From an uncultured Leptospirales bacterium (lineage in GTDB: Bacteria; Spirochaetota; UBA4802; UBA5550), in NCBI GenBank assembly GCA_964392365.1, contig CAYMPH010000004.1, positions 134,678 through 198,677 on the forward strand: a stretch of 64,000 nt of DNA, in the 5' to 3' direction. Position numbers and translations under genes: made by a program. The notes beneath the pieces are model-generated. The model searched no databases and was not told the origin of the DNA. It was given only the letters and a program-made list of their open reading frames with translations. Numbering within the stretch: the first letter of the stretch is position 1; every line of letters begins with the position of its first letter. Below are positions 19,066 to 28,745 of this stretch, one piece after another.

Positions 19066-19100
19066 TTTAATAAAAATCCCCGCCACAGCAGCGGGGATTT
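19066..19100 (-). terminator. rho-independent terminator of the AOR gene
   Basis: On the minus strand, AAATCCCCGCTGCTGTGGCGGGGATTTTTATT (8-bp GC stem plus U-run) sits about 15 nt after the AOR stop. Confidence 0.75.
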
Positions 19101-19118
19101 AAACCATACCATTTATAA

Positions 19119-21047
19119 TTATTTTTGATTCCGCATTGCGCTCAGATCAACAAAATCAAGACCGAGTTTTTTTAATGTCCGTTTTTTCGGGATACCGTTT
19201 TTGTCCCAGCCGCGCAGCCTGTAATATGCAGGGAGCATTTTATCAAGACGCACTACTGATTTTTTATTATTTAAATCAAGCGGATCATCAGTAAATCTTT
19301 TTGCAAGAGTATCCTGGGCTTTACCAATTCCTTCACGGAGATTGAAAATTTTTTCCATATTATAACCGCGAGCACCAATCTGCATGAATTTTCCAAAATC
19401 CATTTTCATTCCGGTTGCATAATTCAGCGCTTTTGTATGAGGTAGCATCGGAACGTGAAATTTTAGCAGCCACTTGGGCATTCTGTAAACAGCTCTTATA
19501 AGAGGCCATGAGTGAGTCATAATACCGGTTATAATATCAGACACAAGCTTGCTGCCCTGCGCTTTGAAAGCTATACCAGGAACAAAAGTCCAGGAAGTAA
19601 AAAGACAGTTCCCGCCTGCGCTTATAACAGCAAGCAGATCCTGATCAAGCGCAGTCCATGATGGTTTAGATCTGTAATGAAACTGCTTTAAATTTACAGG
19701 GCCGGTTACCTCAAAATAAACCATATATCCGCCGTCAAGGTGACACGCTCCTCTTGTTGCTGTAGCATAACCAAGACCATGCCCCACTGCTGCTCTTGGT
19801 TCATATGCTGCAAGTTCAAGACCTTTTGAATGAGGAGCAAAATCCTTTCCGCCGTATTTTTCTGATAAGAACCTGACCCCTTCAGCAAGGTCTGCCCCTA
19901 TCCCCTCTCTTGATGAAATCATTTTCAGTACTTCAGATATGTTTTCCTTTTTACCGAATTCAATGCCGTTTTTCCATAGACCTTTTTCGTTTAACTCAGC
20001 AGCAAACCCCATTACTGTTCCCGCGGAAATCGTATCAATTCCGAGATGGTCAAGTTCTAGATTCCATCTCATGATAGCTTCCATGTCATTTATAAGCATG
20101 TTAGATCCGAGGAGACAGAGAATTTCATACTCAGGTCCTTTTACGTCTTTACCGTCTATATTAACAACGCGTCCGCATCTGATAGGGCAGGACTGGCAGC
20201 CGTAATTTTTTACGAGGAATTTATCTGCAAGATATTCGCCACCGATAAGGTGGGCGTCTTCATACGTGCCTCGCGTGAAATTTTTTGTAGGCAATGCATT
20301 CTTCATGGACAAAACAGTTAAAAATCCTGCTGTGCCCAAACGCGGAGCCTGGTCGCCTGTTGCAGGGTGAGCCTGCAGCATCTTTATCCATTTTTTAATA
20401 TGCTCTTTATATTTTTCAGGCTCATTAAGCTCCATCCTTTTTGTTCCGCGGGCTACCATGCCTTTAATATTTTTTGATCCCATAACTGCGCCCATACCTG
20501 TTCTGCCGTGGCAGCGCTCCTGCGAAACAATGATTGAATATTTCACAAGATTTTCACCGGCCGGGCCAATAGCCATAGTGCCTTGTTTACCCATAGCCTC
20601 CTGTGCATCCTGTGTATTCATCCCCTTCATATGTGCTGCATCTTTAATACTTACCTTGTCATCATCGATTTCAATATAAACAAGCTTTGGAGATTTTCCT
20701 CGAATTACAATTCCATCCCACCCTGCCTTCTTCAAAAATATTCCGAAATTTCCTCCGCTGTTCGAATGTCCGATAGCTCCGGTAAGAGGACTTTTTGCTG
20801 AAATATCATATCTGCTGGAACAGGGTGCATTCGTTCCGGTAAGAGGCGATGTCATTACAATAAGAATATTTTCTTCAGACATCGGATCAGTTCCAGGCGC
20901 AAGCTCGTCATAGAGAATTTTTGTGCTTAAATATCTGCCTCCGAGAAAAAGCTCGCGGTCTTTATCGCTTACTGTATATTCACCGATAGATCCACTCGTA
21001 AGATTTATTTCAATAATCTTACCCATGTAGCCTTTGAATTTACTCAT
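19119..21047 (-). CDS. aor: tungsten-containing aldehyde:ferredoxin oxidoreductase (AOR family)
   Basis: 642 aa ORF with the conserved AOR N-terminal domain (MGKIIEINLTSG...GGRYLSTKILYDE) and the Cys-containing central domain (CQSCPIRCGR). Confidence 0.85.
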   Translation of the reverse strand: MSKFKGYMGKIIEINLTSGSIGEYTVSDKDRELFLGGRYLSTKILYDELAPGTDPMSEENILIVMTSPLTGTNAPCSSRYDISAKSPLTGAIGHSNSGGNFGIFLKKAGWDGIVIRGKSPKLVYIEIDDDKVSIKDAAHMKGMNTQDAQEAMGKQGTMAIGPAGENLVKYSIIVSQERCHGRTGMGAVMGSKNIKGMVARGTKRMELNEPEKYKEHIKKWIKMLQAHPATGDQAPRLGTAGFLTVLSMKNALPTKNFTRGTYEDAHLIGGEYLADKFLVKNYGCQSCPIRCGRVVNIDGKDVKGPEYEILCLLGSNMLINDMEAIMRWNLELDHLGIDTISAGTVMGFAAELNEKGLWKNGIEFGKKENISEVLKMISSREGIGADLAEGVRFLSEKYGGKDFAPHSKGLELAAYEPRAAVGHGLGYATATRGACHLDGGYMVYFEVTGPVNLKQFHYRSKPSWTALDQDLLAVISAGGNCLFTSWTFVPGIAFKAQGSKLVSDIITGIMTHSWPLIRAVYRMPKWLLKFHVPMLPHTKALNYATGMKMDFGKFMQIGARGYNMEKIFNLREGIGKAQDTLAKRFTDDPLDLNNKKSVVRLDKMLPAYYRLRGWDKNGIPKKRTLKKLGLDFVDLSAMRNQK

Positions 21048-21127
21048 TGTTTTCCCTCCAACTGATAATTTTAAAAATCATAAACTTTTTTTTAAATTTC
21101 ATCACAACTTTCTACATCACTTATAAC

Positions 21128-21649
21128 TCACACATTAAAAATATAACGTCCTGGCTTTATGCCGAGAATTTGATCCATATTCTTTATTGTATTAAAAAGA
21201 ACAAGCATCTCGTTTTCAGAGTAGCCGGCCATATTGGAATAAATTAAATTCAGCGCGTGGTCTTCCAGTTTTTTTACCATTTTTTTGCCGCTCGCACTTA
21301 TTGTAACAAGGACATTTCTTTTGTCGGAGTCTGTTCTGGCTCTTTTGACAAACAAACGGTCTTCAAGCTGGTCAATCAGACGTGTTGCTGAAAAAACTTT
21401 TATTTTCATCTCTTCAGCAATATCGCTGATCCTCATACCGTCAACCCGCTTCAGCAGTTTTAGGATATATATAAGATCATATGACAAGCCAAACGTTGTT
21501 ACTTCAATATTTTCGAACTGATAAAATGTCCGGAGAAGATGAAATAAAAGATTTTTCAAATCATCCGATGAAATAATATGATCAAGCTGCATGTTTTTTT
21601 CTTTATCCGTATTCATATATCCACTTTCGTAATTAATTTTATTCAACAT
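21128..21649 (-). CDS. MarR-family transcriptional regulator
   Basis: 173 aa ORF with the winged HTH (MRISDIAEEMKIKVFSATRLIDQLEDRLFVKRARTDSDKRNVLVTISASG). Confidence 0.8.
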   Translation of the reverse strand: MLNKINYESGYMNTDKEKNMQLDHIISSDDLKNLLFHLLRTFYQFENIEVTTFGLSYDLIYILKLLKRVDGMRISDIAEEMKIKVFSATRLIDQLEDRLFVKRARTDSDKRNVLVTISASGKKMVKKLEDHALNLIYSNMAGYSENEMLVLFNTIKNMDQILGIKPGRYIFNV

Positions 21650-21694
21650 CTAATTCCGCTAAAAAACCAGATGTTTCTCCATTCAGGCATTTTG

Positions 21695-21735
21695 TATGCA
21701 AATTGCAAGTATTTTATTGCAAATTGCAAATATTT
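21695..21735. promoter_or_regulatory. four TTGCAA hexamers (two TTGCAAATTGCAA units) in the divergent marR / 21862 gene intergenic region; candidate MarR operator
   Basis: tatgcaaATTGCAAgtattttaTTGCAAATTGCAAatattt. TTGCAA is self-complementary. Confidence 0.5.
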
Positions 21736-21861
21736 CTTGATTTTTCCGCAACTGCTGATATATTGTCCTTAACAGGGGTTTTAAAGGTTTTTAAACACAT
21801 ACAATTTGTTAAAGGCACCTGCGTTACAAATAACAGTTCAAAAAATTGAAGGAGACTAAGA

Positions 21862-22515
21862 ATGACAGCTGTTTATCCCGCACCATGGAAGCTAAAAGGA
21901 AGAGGATATATTTTCCTGTATAAATTCCCGCGAAGTTTTGAAACAAATCCGGCTTTTAAAAGCAATCTTACAGATGAGCCATTCAGCGGATTTGGGACTC
22001 TAATGCTTGTAGACTATGAAGAATCTGATGCAGGTCCATACAGGGAACTCCTTTTTATTCCAGGTGAATTTACTTTTCTGCGTAAAAAATATTATTCTAT
22101 TACAAAAATTTATGTTTCATCAATGGAGAGTGTGGAAAACGGAAGAAGAAACTGGGGCATACCGAAAGAACTAGCAGATTTTGAAATAATTCCTCTTGGC
22201 AGAAAGAAAGAACGCATTATTGTTAAAAAAGACGGAACTGTTTTTTTTGATGTAACATTAAAAAAAAGGTATATTCCATTTAAAGTTAATACTAAATATA
22301 TATCAAATGCAATTGTGCAGAAGCTTGAGGGTGATACAATCTTTTTCACTGAATTCAACGGAACAGGAATAGGAAAATTAGCTCTATTAAAATCGATCAG
22401 GTGTGATGGAAAATACTTTCCGGAAATATGTTCAGTAAAACCGCTTGTGGTAACAGCTATTGATGATTTTAAAATTGAATTTCCGGAAGCAGAAAAAATA
22501 AAACTGGTAAAATAA
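21862..22515 (+). CDS. acetoacetate decarboxylase (ADC)-like family protein
   Basis: 217 aa ORF. The N-terminal YPAPWKLKGRGYIF resembles the ADC/MppR-family PAPW-L-G signature. Assignment is by motif only. Confidence 0.4.
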   Translation: MTAVYPAPWKLKGRGYIFLYKFPRSFETNPAFKSNLTDEPFSGFGTLMLVDYEESDAGPYRELLFIPGEFTFLRKKYYSITKIYVSSMESVENGRRNWGIPKELADFEIIPLGRKKERIIVKKDGTVFFDVTLKKRYIPFKVNTKYISNAIVQKLEGDTIFFTEFNGTGIGKLALLKSIRCDGKYFPEICSVKPLVVTAIDDFKIEFPEAEKIKLVK

Positions 22516-22557
22516 TAATATATAATTTTTCTTTAAAAAAAAACAGCGGGGTTAAAT

Positions 22558-23328
22558 ATGAATCTTGAAAATAAGAAAATTGTCATTACTGGGGCATCAT
22601 CAGGAATAGGAAAAGCAATTCTTGCTGAACTTAAAAAATTTAATGTTCAGATATATGCCGGAGATCTTGAGCCGAACAAAATAAAAACAGTAAAAGGAAA
22701 AGTTTTTACTGAAAAATGCGATGTCAGTAATCCGAAAAATATTGATCTGCTGATTAAAAATGCAGTGAAAAAAATGGGAGCAGTTGATATATTTATAGCT
22801 AATGCAGGATTCGCGTACTTTGAGCAGATTCCAAAACCGGACTGGAATCATATTGATAAAATCTATAAAGTAAATTTTATGTCTCCTGTGTATACTGTAG
22901 AAAAAATGAAAGAGCTGAATCGCGGAAGGGAATATATGGTTGTAATTACAGCCTCGGCAATGGGAAAGCTTGCTCTTCCCGGATATGCATTATATTCATC
23001 AACCAAGGCAGCGCTTGATTCTTTTGCATCAGCTTACCGTCTTGAACAGGATGACAGGGGAACCATATCGCTGATTTATCCTATTGCCACAAAGACTCAA
23101 TTCTTTAAAGTCGCAGCAGGTGATTCAACTCCGGTACCGTTTCCCGCTCAGACTCCGGAAACTGTTGCCAGGGCTGTTGTAAAAGGAATATTAAAAAATA
23201 AAAAATCAATTTATCCGTCAAAACTTTTCTTAAGCATGATGATTTTAAACAGATATATACCTGTAATCCTGCCGATATATGTCTGGATAGAAAAAAATAA
23301 ATTCTTTAAGTGGCTTAAAAACAGGTAA
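22558..23328 (+). CDS. short-chain dehydrogenase/reductase (SDR)
   Basis: 256 aa ORF with TGASSGIGKA Rossmann motif and YxxxK region (YSSTKAA). Confidence 0.8.
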   Translation: MNLENKKIVITGASSGIGKAILAELKKFNVQIYAGDLEPNKIKTVKGKVFTEKCDVSNPKNIDLLIKNAVKKMGAVDIFIANAGFAYFEQIPKPDWNHIDKIYKVNFMSPVYTVEKMKELNRGREYMVVITASAMGKLALPGYALYSSTKAALDSFASAYRLEQDDRGTISLIYPIATKTQFFKVAAGDSTPVPFPAQTPETVARAVVKGILKNKKSIYPSKLFLSMMILNRYIPVILPIYVWIEKNKFFKWLKNR

Positions 23329-23331
23329 GGT

Positions 23332-23607
23332 ATGTTAGGTTTTTTCAGAAAAAAAACACCGGTTACAGTTACCATTAAACTTTTTTCCGGCATACACCGC
23401 GAATTGAATATCGATTCTTATGATCTCGGCAAAGGCCTGATTATACAGACATACAATGGAGTCAGACTCCGGACTGTTCTTAACAAAATTGGAATTAAAA
23501 ACAAGTCAGCCATATCATATTTTCTTAACAGTAAAAGGGTCAGCCTCGGAACACGATTAAAGGATGGAGATGAGGTTTCATGCCTCAAGCCTTCCGGAGG
23601 CGGATAA
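23332..23607 (+). CDS. MoaD/ThiS-family small sulfur-carrier (ubiquitin-like) protein
   Basis: 91 aa ORF with a beta-grasp pattern (IKLFSGIHRE...DGDEVSCLKPSGGG) and a C-terminal Gly-Gly. Confidence 0.5.
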   Translation: MLGFFRKKTPVTVTIKLFSGIHRELNIDSYDLGKGLIIQTYNGVRLRTVLNKIGIKNKSAISYFLNSKRVSLGTRLKDGDEVSCLKPSGGG

Positions 23608-23635
23608 TTTCCCCGGAAGACCTGGACAGAAAAAT

Positions 23636-25312
23636 TTATTTTAATTTCTCATGTATAGATTTTCTCTGTAAATATTTTAATACACCCCAGTTTTTTTCAG
23701 CAATAAGATTCCGGGTTTTGCTCTTCGGCTGAATAAAAGACATTGCCCTTTCTGAAAATGCAGTAATTGAAAGCGCAGGATTTACACCTAGATTTTCTGG
23801 TATCTGCGAACCATCACAAACAAGCATATTTTTATAACCTTTAATGTGATTTTCCTCATCTATTACGCCTTCTTCAGGAGTAGGACCAACAGAACATCCA
23901 CCCATTATATGAGCTGTAAGAGGTGCATTAAAGAAATTTTCAAAAATTGTACCCATTGCCATACCGTTCATTTTTTTTGCAACCCTTCTACCGAATTCGT
24001 TTGCAATAGGAATCCAGGTCGGGTTCTTTTTATCTGTTCCATATTCCGAAGTTAAAATTCTTGTAAATGGCCAATATAATGTTCTTTTCCGTTTGAAATG
24101 AATATAGTTATCAAGAGTCTGCATTACAAGCAGAATGATTCCCCTGTTGGACCATTTGTAAGGATTTAATGACTGAATAAAAGTAATGGGATGCAAAAGA
24201 TTGATAAAGAAAGCCTTAAACAGACGGGGAACAAATCCACCGCCGTCTGTAAGTATGCCGGTAATAAGGGACATCATATTATGACCTGGTCCGTATCTTA
24301 CAGGCTCAATATGTGTATTTTCATCAGGGTGAACACTTGATGTTATTGCAACTCCCTTGTTATATTCAGCTTTAAATGATTTTGATACAGCGCCTATGAT
24401 AGCTTCGCTGTTGGTACGTGCGTACATTCCAAGATAATTTGAAAGATTCGGAAGTCTCTTTTTCTTTTTCAGCTTCAGCAGAAGATTGTTTGTTCCCAAT
24501 GCGCCTGCAGAAAAAACTATTCCTTTTGTATAGAAGGTATGGCCTCCGCCAAAACAGCCGGTTGATTTTTTTGTCTTAACAACATACCCCTTATCTCCGT
24601 TTGGCGAAAGAGGCTTAATATCAACTACGGTGTTCTCTGAAAAAATTCTTGTTCCGAATTTCTGTGCAAAATACAGATAATTTTTATCCATCGTGTTTTT
24701 TGCATTTTTTTTGCATCCGGTCATGCATTCACCGCATAATTCGCAACCTATACGGTCCGGCCCTTCTCCAAAGAAATAAGGGTCATTTGCAGGTTCACCC
24801 TGTTTTCCAAAATAAACACCCACAGACGTAATATTAAATGTATCTCCCCGGCCCATATCAGTAGCTGTTTCTTTAAGCAGAGTATCAGCCTCTGTAAGGG
24901 ATGGATTTTTAGCTGAACCAATCATTTTTTCGGCAATATTATAATAAGGTGCAAATTCCTTCTTTCCACCAAGACGCTTAACCGAATCACGTTGAAAAAA
25001 TACATCTGGCGGAACATAAAGAGTATTGGCATAATTAAGGCTTCCTCCACCTACACCGGCACCTGCCAGAATAATTACATCATGCAGGAGTGACATTCTC
25101 TGTATGCCGTAAAAACCGAATGCAGGCATCCATAAGAATTTTCTCATGCTCCAGTTTGTTTTTGGAAATTCATCAGCATTCCATCTTTTCCCTGATTCAA
25201 CGATTCCAACGTTATATCCTTTCTGTGAAAGACGCATAGCTGAAACGCTGCCGCCGAAACCTGAACCTATAACCAGATAATCAAAATCAAATTTCTGAAC
25301 CTCTTTTGACAT
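23636..25312 (-). CDS. GMC-family FAD-dependent oxidoreductase (cholesterol-oxidase-like), paralog 2
   Basis: 558 aa ORF with DYLVIGSGFGGSVSA, CELCGECMTGCKKNAKNTMDKNYL and HIMGGCSVG. Clearly paralogous to 12040-13635. Confidence 0.75.
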   Translation of the reverse strand: MSKEVQKFDFDYLVIGSGFGGSVSAMRLSQKGYNVGIVESGKRWNADEFPKTNWSMRKFLWMPAFGFYGIQRMSLLHDVIILAGAGVGGGSLNYANTLYVPPDVFFQRDSVKRLGGKKEFAPYYNIAEKMIGSAKNPSLTEADTLLKETATDMGRGDTFNITSVGVYFGKQGEPANDPYFFGEGPDRIGCELCGECMTGCKKNAKNTMDKNYLYFAQKFGTRIFSENTVVDIKPLSPNGDKGYVVKTKKSTGCFGGGHTFYTKGIVFSAGALGTNNLLLKLKKKKRLPNLSNYLGMYARTNSEAIIGAVSKSFKAEYNKGVAITSSVHPDENTHIEPVRYGPGHNMMSLITGILTDGGGFVPRLFKAFFINLLHPITFIQSLNPYKWSNRGIILLVMQTLDNYIHFKRKRTLYWPFTRILTSEYGTDKKNPTWIPIANEFGRRVAKKMNGMAMGTIFENFFNAPLTAHIMGGCSVGPTPEEGVIDEENHIKGYKNMLVCDGSQIPENLGVNPALSITAFSERAMSFIQPKSKTRNLIAEKNWGVLKYLQRKSIHEKLK

Positions 25313-25480
25313 ATTATTACCTCTTCGAATAATTATTTGATAATCATTTTATATTACTTTCACATTACTCTAACAACATCTATTTTTTTTGAAAATAAAC
25401 AATGCCAGTTAATATTATTTTTATTATTAAGTCAACAACGATACACTGAATTTGAACAAACCGGAGTTTCAAATTATAAA

Positions 25481-26578
25481 TCAGGACTTTTCAAGAATTT
25501 CATCCCTGTATTTCTGAGGCGTCATTCCTGTAGCTTTATCAAAGGCTCTGTAAAAAGCGGTTTTTGAGTTAAAACCGACAACATAAGCCACTGAGATTAT
25601 TGAGCTTTCCGGCTCTTCAATTATAATTTTTTTTGCATCGCGTATTCTATAACCGTTTATGAAGGTACTAAAATTCATTTTGAATTTTTCGTTTAAAAGC
25701 TGGGAAAGCTGATGATGTGTGATTGAAAGAGCCTTAGCAAGACTTCCAAGCGATATTTTTTCATCCCTGTACATTTTATTCTGTTCCATAAGATTATCGA
25801 GCCGTTTCCCAACCGCATTAAAATCCATACCCTCAAGCAGAGAATGCCCGTAGCGGCGCTTTTCTGCTTCAACCATTAAAAGCTGCAGAAATTTCGGCTG
25901 CCGCTGTCCGACAAAATATGAGCCTATCATCATAAAACTAGTAAGAAGCATGCCGCTTCTCAATATATTCATTGATCCAAGAGTATACCCTGCTGCAAGT
26001 AGTACAACAACTGCAATAGACAGTAGAATATATCCCATCGTGGTACTCACAACAGGAGGCTGCTCGGTGATCTTCCATAAAATAATTATTTTTTTAAACA
26101 GTACACCCAGATAAATGACCATCTGCACACCTGCAGCAGCAAATAATAATTTAATATAAACGCTCATACTGATATCAGTTCCGTTAAACAGATGATTAAG
26201 TATACGGCTTTTATCTCCGGAAGACATCATCATATAGTAAATATCAGCTGCAAGCGCAGCAAGTGCAGGAATAAGCAGAAAAATACTCTTGCGCGATAAA
26301 TTTTCTTCAGGAAGAATTACAAGGTAATAGGCATAATACAAAAGCGGCGTAAGCACATACAGAAATGTTAGATGAAAAACAAAAATCCACGGCCATATAA
26401 AGACCAAACCGTTATTTATAAATGCAAGCTGCATCAGGCACAAGCCCAGGCAGAAAAACATTATTGAAAGATTATAATTTGCAAGACGCCTGACTTTAAC
26501 TAAAAGCTGTCCTATAGAAAAAAGTATGGACAAACCTCCTGAAAAAAAAACAAAATAAGTTATACCGGTTTCAAACAT
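25481..26578 (-). CDS. membrane-anchored AraC-family transcriptional regulator
   Basis: 365 aa ORF with about 6 N-terminal TM segments and a C-terminal AraC HTH (ISLGSLAKALSITHHQLSQLLNEKF...VGFNSKTAFYRAF). Confidence 0.75.
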   Translation of the reverse strand: MFETGITYFVFFSGGLSILFSIGQLLVKVRRLANYNLSIMFFCLGLCLMQLAFINNGLVFIWPWIFVFHLTFLYVLTPLLYYAYYLVILPEENLSRKSIFLLIPALAALAADIYYMMMSSGDKSRILNHLFNGTDISMSVYIKLLFAAAGVQMVIYLGVLFKKIIILWKITEQPPVVSTTMGYILLSIAVVVLLAAGYTLGSMNILRSGMLLTSFMMIGSYFVGQRQPKFLQLLMVEAEKRRYGHSLLEGMDFNAVGKRLDNLMEQNKMYRDEKISLGSLAKALSITHHQLSQLLNEKFKMNFSTFINGYRIRDAKKIIIEEPESSIISVAYVVGFNSKTAFYRAFDKATGMTPQKYRDEILEKS

Positions 26579-26610
26579 ATAAACCTGTTTTCATAATATA
26601 TATTGATACA

Positions 26611-27591
26611 TTATTTTTTCTTTTTCTGTTTCATGAGACTGTCCCTGATTTTTCTGTATTCGATAATAGGCATATCTCCGGCTATCAGCTTTTCATCCAT
26701 AACAAGGGATGTCTTCTTAGGAAGCTGGGTTATTACAACGCGCTTATCCTGCCTTAAAACAATTAAATTGAAAATGTTTGCAAAATAATTTACAAAATTC
26801 CTGAGCACCGGAACATTAAGAAATTTCTGATAGAATCTTACATAAACTACAGAATTTTCCTCATCAACCGGCGCAAATATCGCTGCTACCCTGACTTTAT
26901 CAGAAATAAGATTCTGCCAGACATTCGGGAATCTGAACTGGAGCTGAAAAAGTTTTTCATAATCCTTAATCCGGTCTGCTCTTACCGGTTTTGATTTTCC
27001 ATCATCATTTATATTATCCACATAAAAATGCAGCAGTTCTCCATCGTATTTTACAACCGGACCGTTCACAAGAGTTTTCCCGCCCCTACCTATAGTTGTC
27101 CTGTGCACAATTGGAACATGAACTACATCAAGCTGATTTTCAATTGACCGAGAATAATGCACAGGCCATTGGTCGGATAATGAGGCATAACAGAATGAAT
27201 CATCCAGATCATCAAAAAATTTAACCGGAGGAAGCTTATCCATATCATCCCCATACCACAGCCAGATAATTCCGTACGATTCTTTTACTGTATAACCTTT
27301 TACTTTATATTGCGGAGGAACCGGAGAATTTTTACCGATAGCAGGAATTACCTTCACGCTGCCTGTTTTATCATACTGAAACGCGTGAAACGGACAGGCT
27401 ATATTATCGCCGCATAATTCTCCGATTGCAAGTGAAGCCCCTCTGTGACAGCACCTGTCATGAATGCAGCATAAATTTCCTTTAGTATCTCTCCAGAAAA
27501 CAAGTTTTTCCCCTACTCTTGTTACGCCGACAGGTTTTCCTTTTTTAACTTCTTTTGACTCAAGAACTCCATACCATTGATTCCAGATCAT
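26611..27591 (-). CDS. Rieske [2Fe-2S] non-heme iron oxygenase (PAO/KshA-like alpha subunit)
   Basis: 326 aa ORF with the Rieske motif CCIHDRCCHRG...CPFHAFQY and mononuclear Fe ligands (ENQLDVVHVPIVH). Confidence 0.75.
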   Translation of the reverse strand: MIWNQWYGVLESKEVKKGKPVGVTRVGEKLVFWRDTKGNLCCIHDRCCHRGASLAIGELCGDNIACPFHAFQYDKTGSVKVIPAIGKNSPVPPQYKVKGYTVKESYGIIWLWYGDDMDKLPPVKFFDDLDDSFCYASLSDQWPVHYSRSIENQLDVVHVPIVHRTTIGRGGKTLVNGPVVKYDGELLHFYVDNINDDGKSKPVRADRIKDYEKLFQLQFRFPNVWQNLISDKVRVAAIFAPVDEENSVVYVRFYQKFLNVPVLRNFVNYFANIFNLIVLRQDKRVVITQLPKKTSLVMDEKLIAGDMPIIEYRKIRDSLMKQKKKK

Positions 27592-27869
27592 TGTTTTTCC
27601 TCTTTTGAAATTTAATAATTATGAATATTTTAAAAACTATACCGGTATTATTTCAATAACAAATTTATTTCAAAAATCCTTTATACTTAATAAAATTTTA
27701 TCAATTTACAGAAGTTATTGTAATGATTATGAAATCCGGAATCTCATAATTCATCCTTATAAAATATTCTTGACACTCATGCTGTATTACAAAGCATAAA
27801 TTATATTATAAATTCTCAAATTTATTGATATAATTTATAAAAAATGTCCAAATTAGAAGGGCCGACTGC

Positions 27870-28475
27870 ATGATGAATTTGACCGCACGCCAGCAGGAAA
27901 TTGTAACTGCATCTCTTAAAATTATTTCCCAGAAGGGATTGGACTACCTCACAATTGCAACACTTTCCAAAAGCCTTAATGTAACTGAAGGCGCTTTGTA
28001 TAAACATTTTAAAAGCAAAGAAGAGATTATTTCTGTAGTTGCTGAATTCACCCACCAGAAATTTGATGAAGCAATTAAAAGTATAGTTGAATCCCCACTG
28101 ACCGATATGAAAAAACTCAAAGAAATTTTTATTGATAGATGCAGGGTTATTTCAGAAAAACCTGAACTCATTATGGCTATGCACTCAATGTCTGTATTTG
28201 CCGGATATCAGGAACTTAGCGTAATGATAATAAAATCAATTGATGCCTATAAAAAAACAGTAATGAATGTAATACTTGAATGCCAGGCAAAAAAGGTAAT
28301 TGATCCTTCGATTGATCCGGAGCATATTTTTTCTATCATAACAGGAACTCTTCATTATTTTATCACCCGCTGGCAGAAACGGAATGGAGGATTCGATCTT
28401 GTTTCTGAAGGTGAAAAACTGTGGGTAACGATTGAAAGTTTTATTACTTATAAAAAAAGTTTATTTCATAAATAA
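27870..28475 (+). CDS. TetR-family transcriptional regulator
   Basis: 201 aa ORF with an N-terminal HTH (LTIATLSKSLNVTEGALYKHFKSKEEI). Confidence 0.8.
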   Translation: MMNLTARQQEIVTASLKIISQKGLDYLTIATLSKSLNVTEGALYKHFKSKEEIISVVAEFTHQKFDEAIKSIVESPLTDMKKLKEIFIDRCRVISEKPELIMAMHSMSVFAGYQELSVMIIKSIDAYKKTVMNVILECQAKKVIDPSIDPEHIFSIITGTLHYFITRWQKRNGGFDLVSEGEKLWVTIESFITYKKSLFHK

Positions 28476-28558
28476 TGTTTTTTGTTTTTTTTATTGACAG
28501 ATTGCCGATAAATAGTTAACTTACTTTCAATATAATTAATAAATAACCAAGAGATAAA

Positions 28559-28663
28559 ATGAAAATTTTAAACAGCGCAAACCTTTTAAATGGAATTAAT
28601 CTGGAAGCCCTCACTTCTGTGGTGGTCGTGCTTCGTTTATATATATTCCGGTTTATGCTGTAG
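28559..28663 (+). CDS. ilvB leader peptide (34 aa, Val-rich): MKILNSANLLNGINLEALTSVVVVLRLYIFRFML
   Basis: Small ORF with four consecutive Val codons plus Leu/Ile. It is followed immediately by an intrinsic terminator and then the acetolactate synthase gene, the classic attenuation layout. Confidence 0.55.
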   Translation: MKILNSANLLNGINLEALTSVVVVLRLYIFRFML

Positions 28664-28688
28664 GCTAAAATTTAATTTAAAAAATATA

Positions 28689-28726
28689 AAAGCCCTGCCG
28701 GCAAAACCGGCAGGGCTTTTTTTATA
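28689..28726 (+). terminator. attenuator/terminator hairpin upstream of ilvB
   Basis: AGCCCTGCCGGCAAAACCGGCAGGGCTTTTTTTA is an 11-bp GC-rich stem plus a T-run, 20 nt upstream of the ALS start. Confidence 0.7.
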
Positions 28727-28745
28727 TCCATTGAAGGAGAAAAAG

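Noticed and set aside
19066-19100. Possible tRNA or small RNA at the GC hairpin downstream of AOR
   Set aside because: It is a single stem-loop followed by a U-run on the AOR coding strand, which fits an intrinsic terminator. No cloverleaf could be drawn.
28590-28745. N-terminal 52-codon extension of the acetolactate synthase ORF
   Set aside because: The extension spans the leader-peptide stop and the terminator hairpin. The conserved ALS N-terminus (MKITGAEIIIRSLEAHG) starts at the ATG 28746 with a good SD.
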